35,501 bases of DNA from Octopus bimaculoides (Eukaryota): assembly GCF_001194135.2 (NCBI RefSeq), contig NC_068986.1:11264771-11300271 (forward strand), given 5' to 3'. Within the stretch, counting starts at the first letter, position 1, and each line of letters opens with the position of its first letter. Below are positions 34,197 to 35,501 of the stretch, one piece after another. The notes below the pieces were generated by a model. It had not been told where the DNA came from. It worked only from the letters and a program-made list of their open reading frames with translations, and did no database searches. The position numbers and the translations under genes were made by a program.

Positions 34197-34959
34197 ACAA
34201 AAAACAAGATGAGGACAAATATCCGTCAAATGTAAATAATTTTACAGGAGTTTTACTGGAGCTGACTCTCATTCAAATTCTTTTGTTGCTGTAGGCGGCA
34301 TCTATATAATATTTACTGCAGAGATATTTTGGTTCATTCTGTTTGTGAGAGAGAGAGAGAGAGAAGGAGAGGGATTGACACCACAGCCAAAAGATGTGAT
34401 ATATTAAATTTCAGGCTCCAGTGTCTTGATTTAGCATCTGGCTGCAGTCATTGTCTTGTGTTGCATAGTTAGAGATCTAATTCTATTTTACCAGAGTCAA
34501 CATTTGAATTAAGATGGAATTGTTAAATAAGCAAAGAATAAGCACATGAAATAAAATTGTTTGTTTCAGCCATTAGACTGTGGCCATGCTGGAGTTCATG
34601 AACCTTGGTTCTTTTCCCTAAAACTATATATTTATATTTTATACTGAGAAACTTAATTTAATTCTAATTTTTAATAAATTGAATTTAATTGAGTTTTTAC
34701 CTGTAAATTTGGATTTTTACCCCTTATATTATACATATGTATGTGTATATATATAAAACTCATCACCCACACTAACACACACAAACACCAAGGCATCCTT
34801 CCTTACACAAGCACTCAGACACATACATACACACACACACACACACATACACACAAAAGCACCTCTCCTTACACAAACCTCACACACTCATACATACAGA
34901 CATATGTCCACACACACTATTATCAGGGCACTCACACACACACATCACCTCACCTCTCC

Positions 34960-35212
34960 ACCACTAAATCTAATTATTAACCTGTTCGCACCACTCCCTC
35001 ACACATACATCATTCATATAAACACAGACTGGCCATTTTGCACTCTCCTGCCTTCAAGAACCACTTTCTTTATCTTTCTCCACTTCTGGTCAGTTACTCG
35101 GACCATTCTTATCCTTCTGTCCAGACTTTTCCCCCCTCTTTCCTCCTTCTGACAAAGAGCCATGCTCGAAATGTTACACCCACCTTTCCCTTCCCTGAGC
35201 ACCAATCTAATA
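34960..35212 (+). mobile_element. Penelope-like 3' terminal repeat fragment with decayed hammerhead-like motif at 35145-35178
   Basis: A pyrimidine-rich tract is followed by CTGACAA-A-GAGC cat GCTC-GAAA-TGTT, the same layout as the 14487 motif. Confidence 0.45.
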
Positions 35213-35214
35213 CA

Positions 35215-35425
35215 CTCACTTTTACTCTTTTACTTGTTTCAGTAATTTGACTGCAGCCATGCTGGAGCACCGCCTTTAGTCAAATAAATTGACATTGGAC
35301 TTATTCTTTGTAAGCCTAGTACTTATTCTATCGGCCTCTTTTGCTGAACTGTTAAGTTACAGGGACAGAGACACACCAGCATCGGTAGTGAAGCAATGGT
35401 GGGGGAATAAACACTGACACACACA
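35215..35425 (-). mobile_element. SINE-like family E
   Basis: TACTCTTTTACTTGTTTCAGTAATTTGACTGCAGCCATGCTGGAGCACCGCCTTTAGT is the reverse complement of the 14670 copy. Confidence 0.8.
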
Positions 35426-35450
35426 TAAATGAAGATATACATTTATGTTT

Positions 35451-35501
<51 letters not shown>

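Larger units (their letters stand above)
33719..34238. mobile_element. Non-autonomous Penelope-like/retrozyme-like element: inverted partial copy plus full unit (tRNA-like head, microsatellite, hammerhead-like motif, tail)
   Basis: 33719-33935 is the reverse complement of the unit's 3' part (from the B box near 33995 onward). A 13-bp direct repeat ATTTTACAGGAGT at 33706-33718 and 34239-34251 flanks it. Confidence 0.8.

Overview
Animal genomic DNA, AT-rich and dominated by repeats. The SINE and MITE families look like those I associate with Octopus; that species call is recognition from memory, not a database result. The only host gene I can support is THOC7 (THO/TREX subunit 7) on the minus strand. 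Two internal coding exons are clear (9274-9394 and 6892-7019), with canonical splice sites and matching phases. I could not locate exon 1, and later exons appear to lie left of the window. The rest is intronic or flanking DNA with at least five retroposon/SINE families, decayed non-LTR fragments (RTE, R4/Dong-like, HERO-like, CR1/L2-like), mariner and piggyBac-type MITEs, microsatellites and two N gaps. Nearly all ORFs in the supplied track are spurious or TE-derived. The most interesting signals are: (i) several unrelated repeats carrying minimal type I hammerhead-ribozyme-like motifs, including a TSD-bounded inverted element that joins a tRNA-like Pol III head to a hammerhead tail; (ii) a 327-bp near-perfect fold-back; (iii) a mariner derivative built from two 5' ends; and (iv) R4/Dong-like LINEs sitting in (TAA)n tracts. 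SINE boundaries are approximate (about +/-10-20 nt), and family labels A-E are my own working names.
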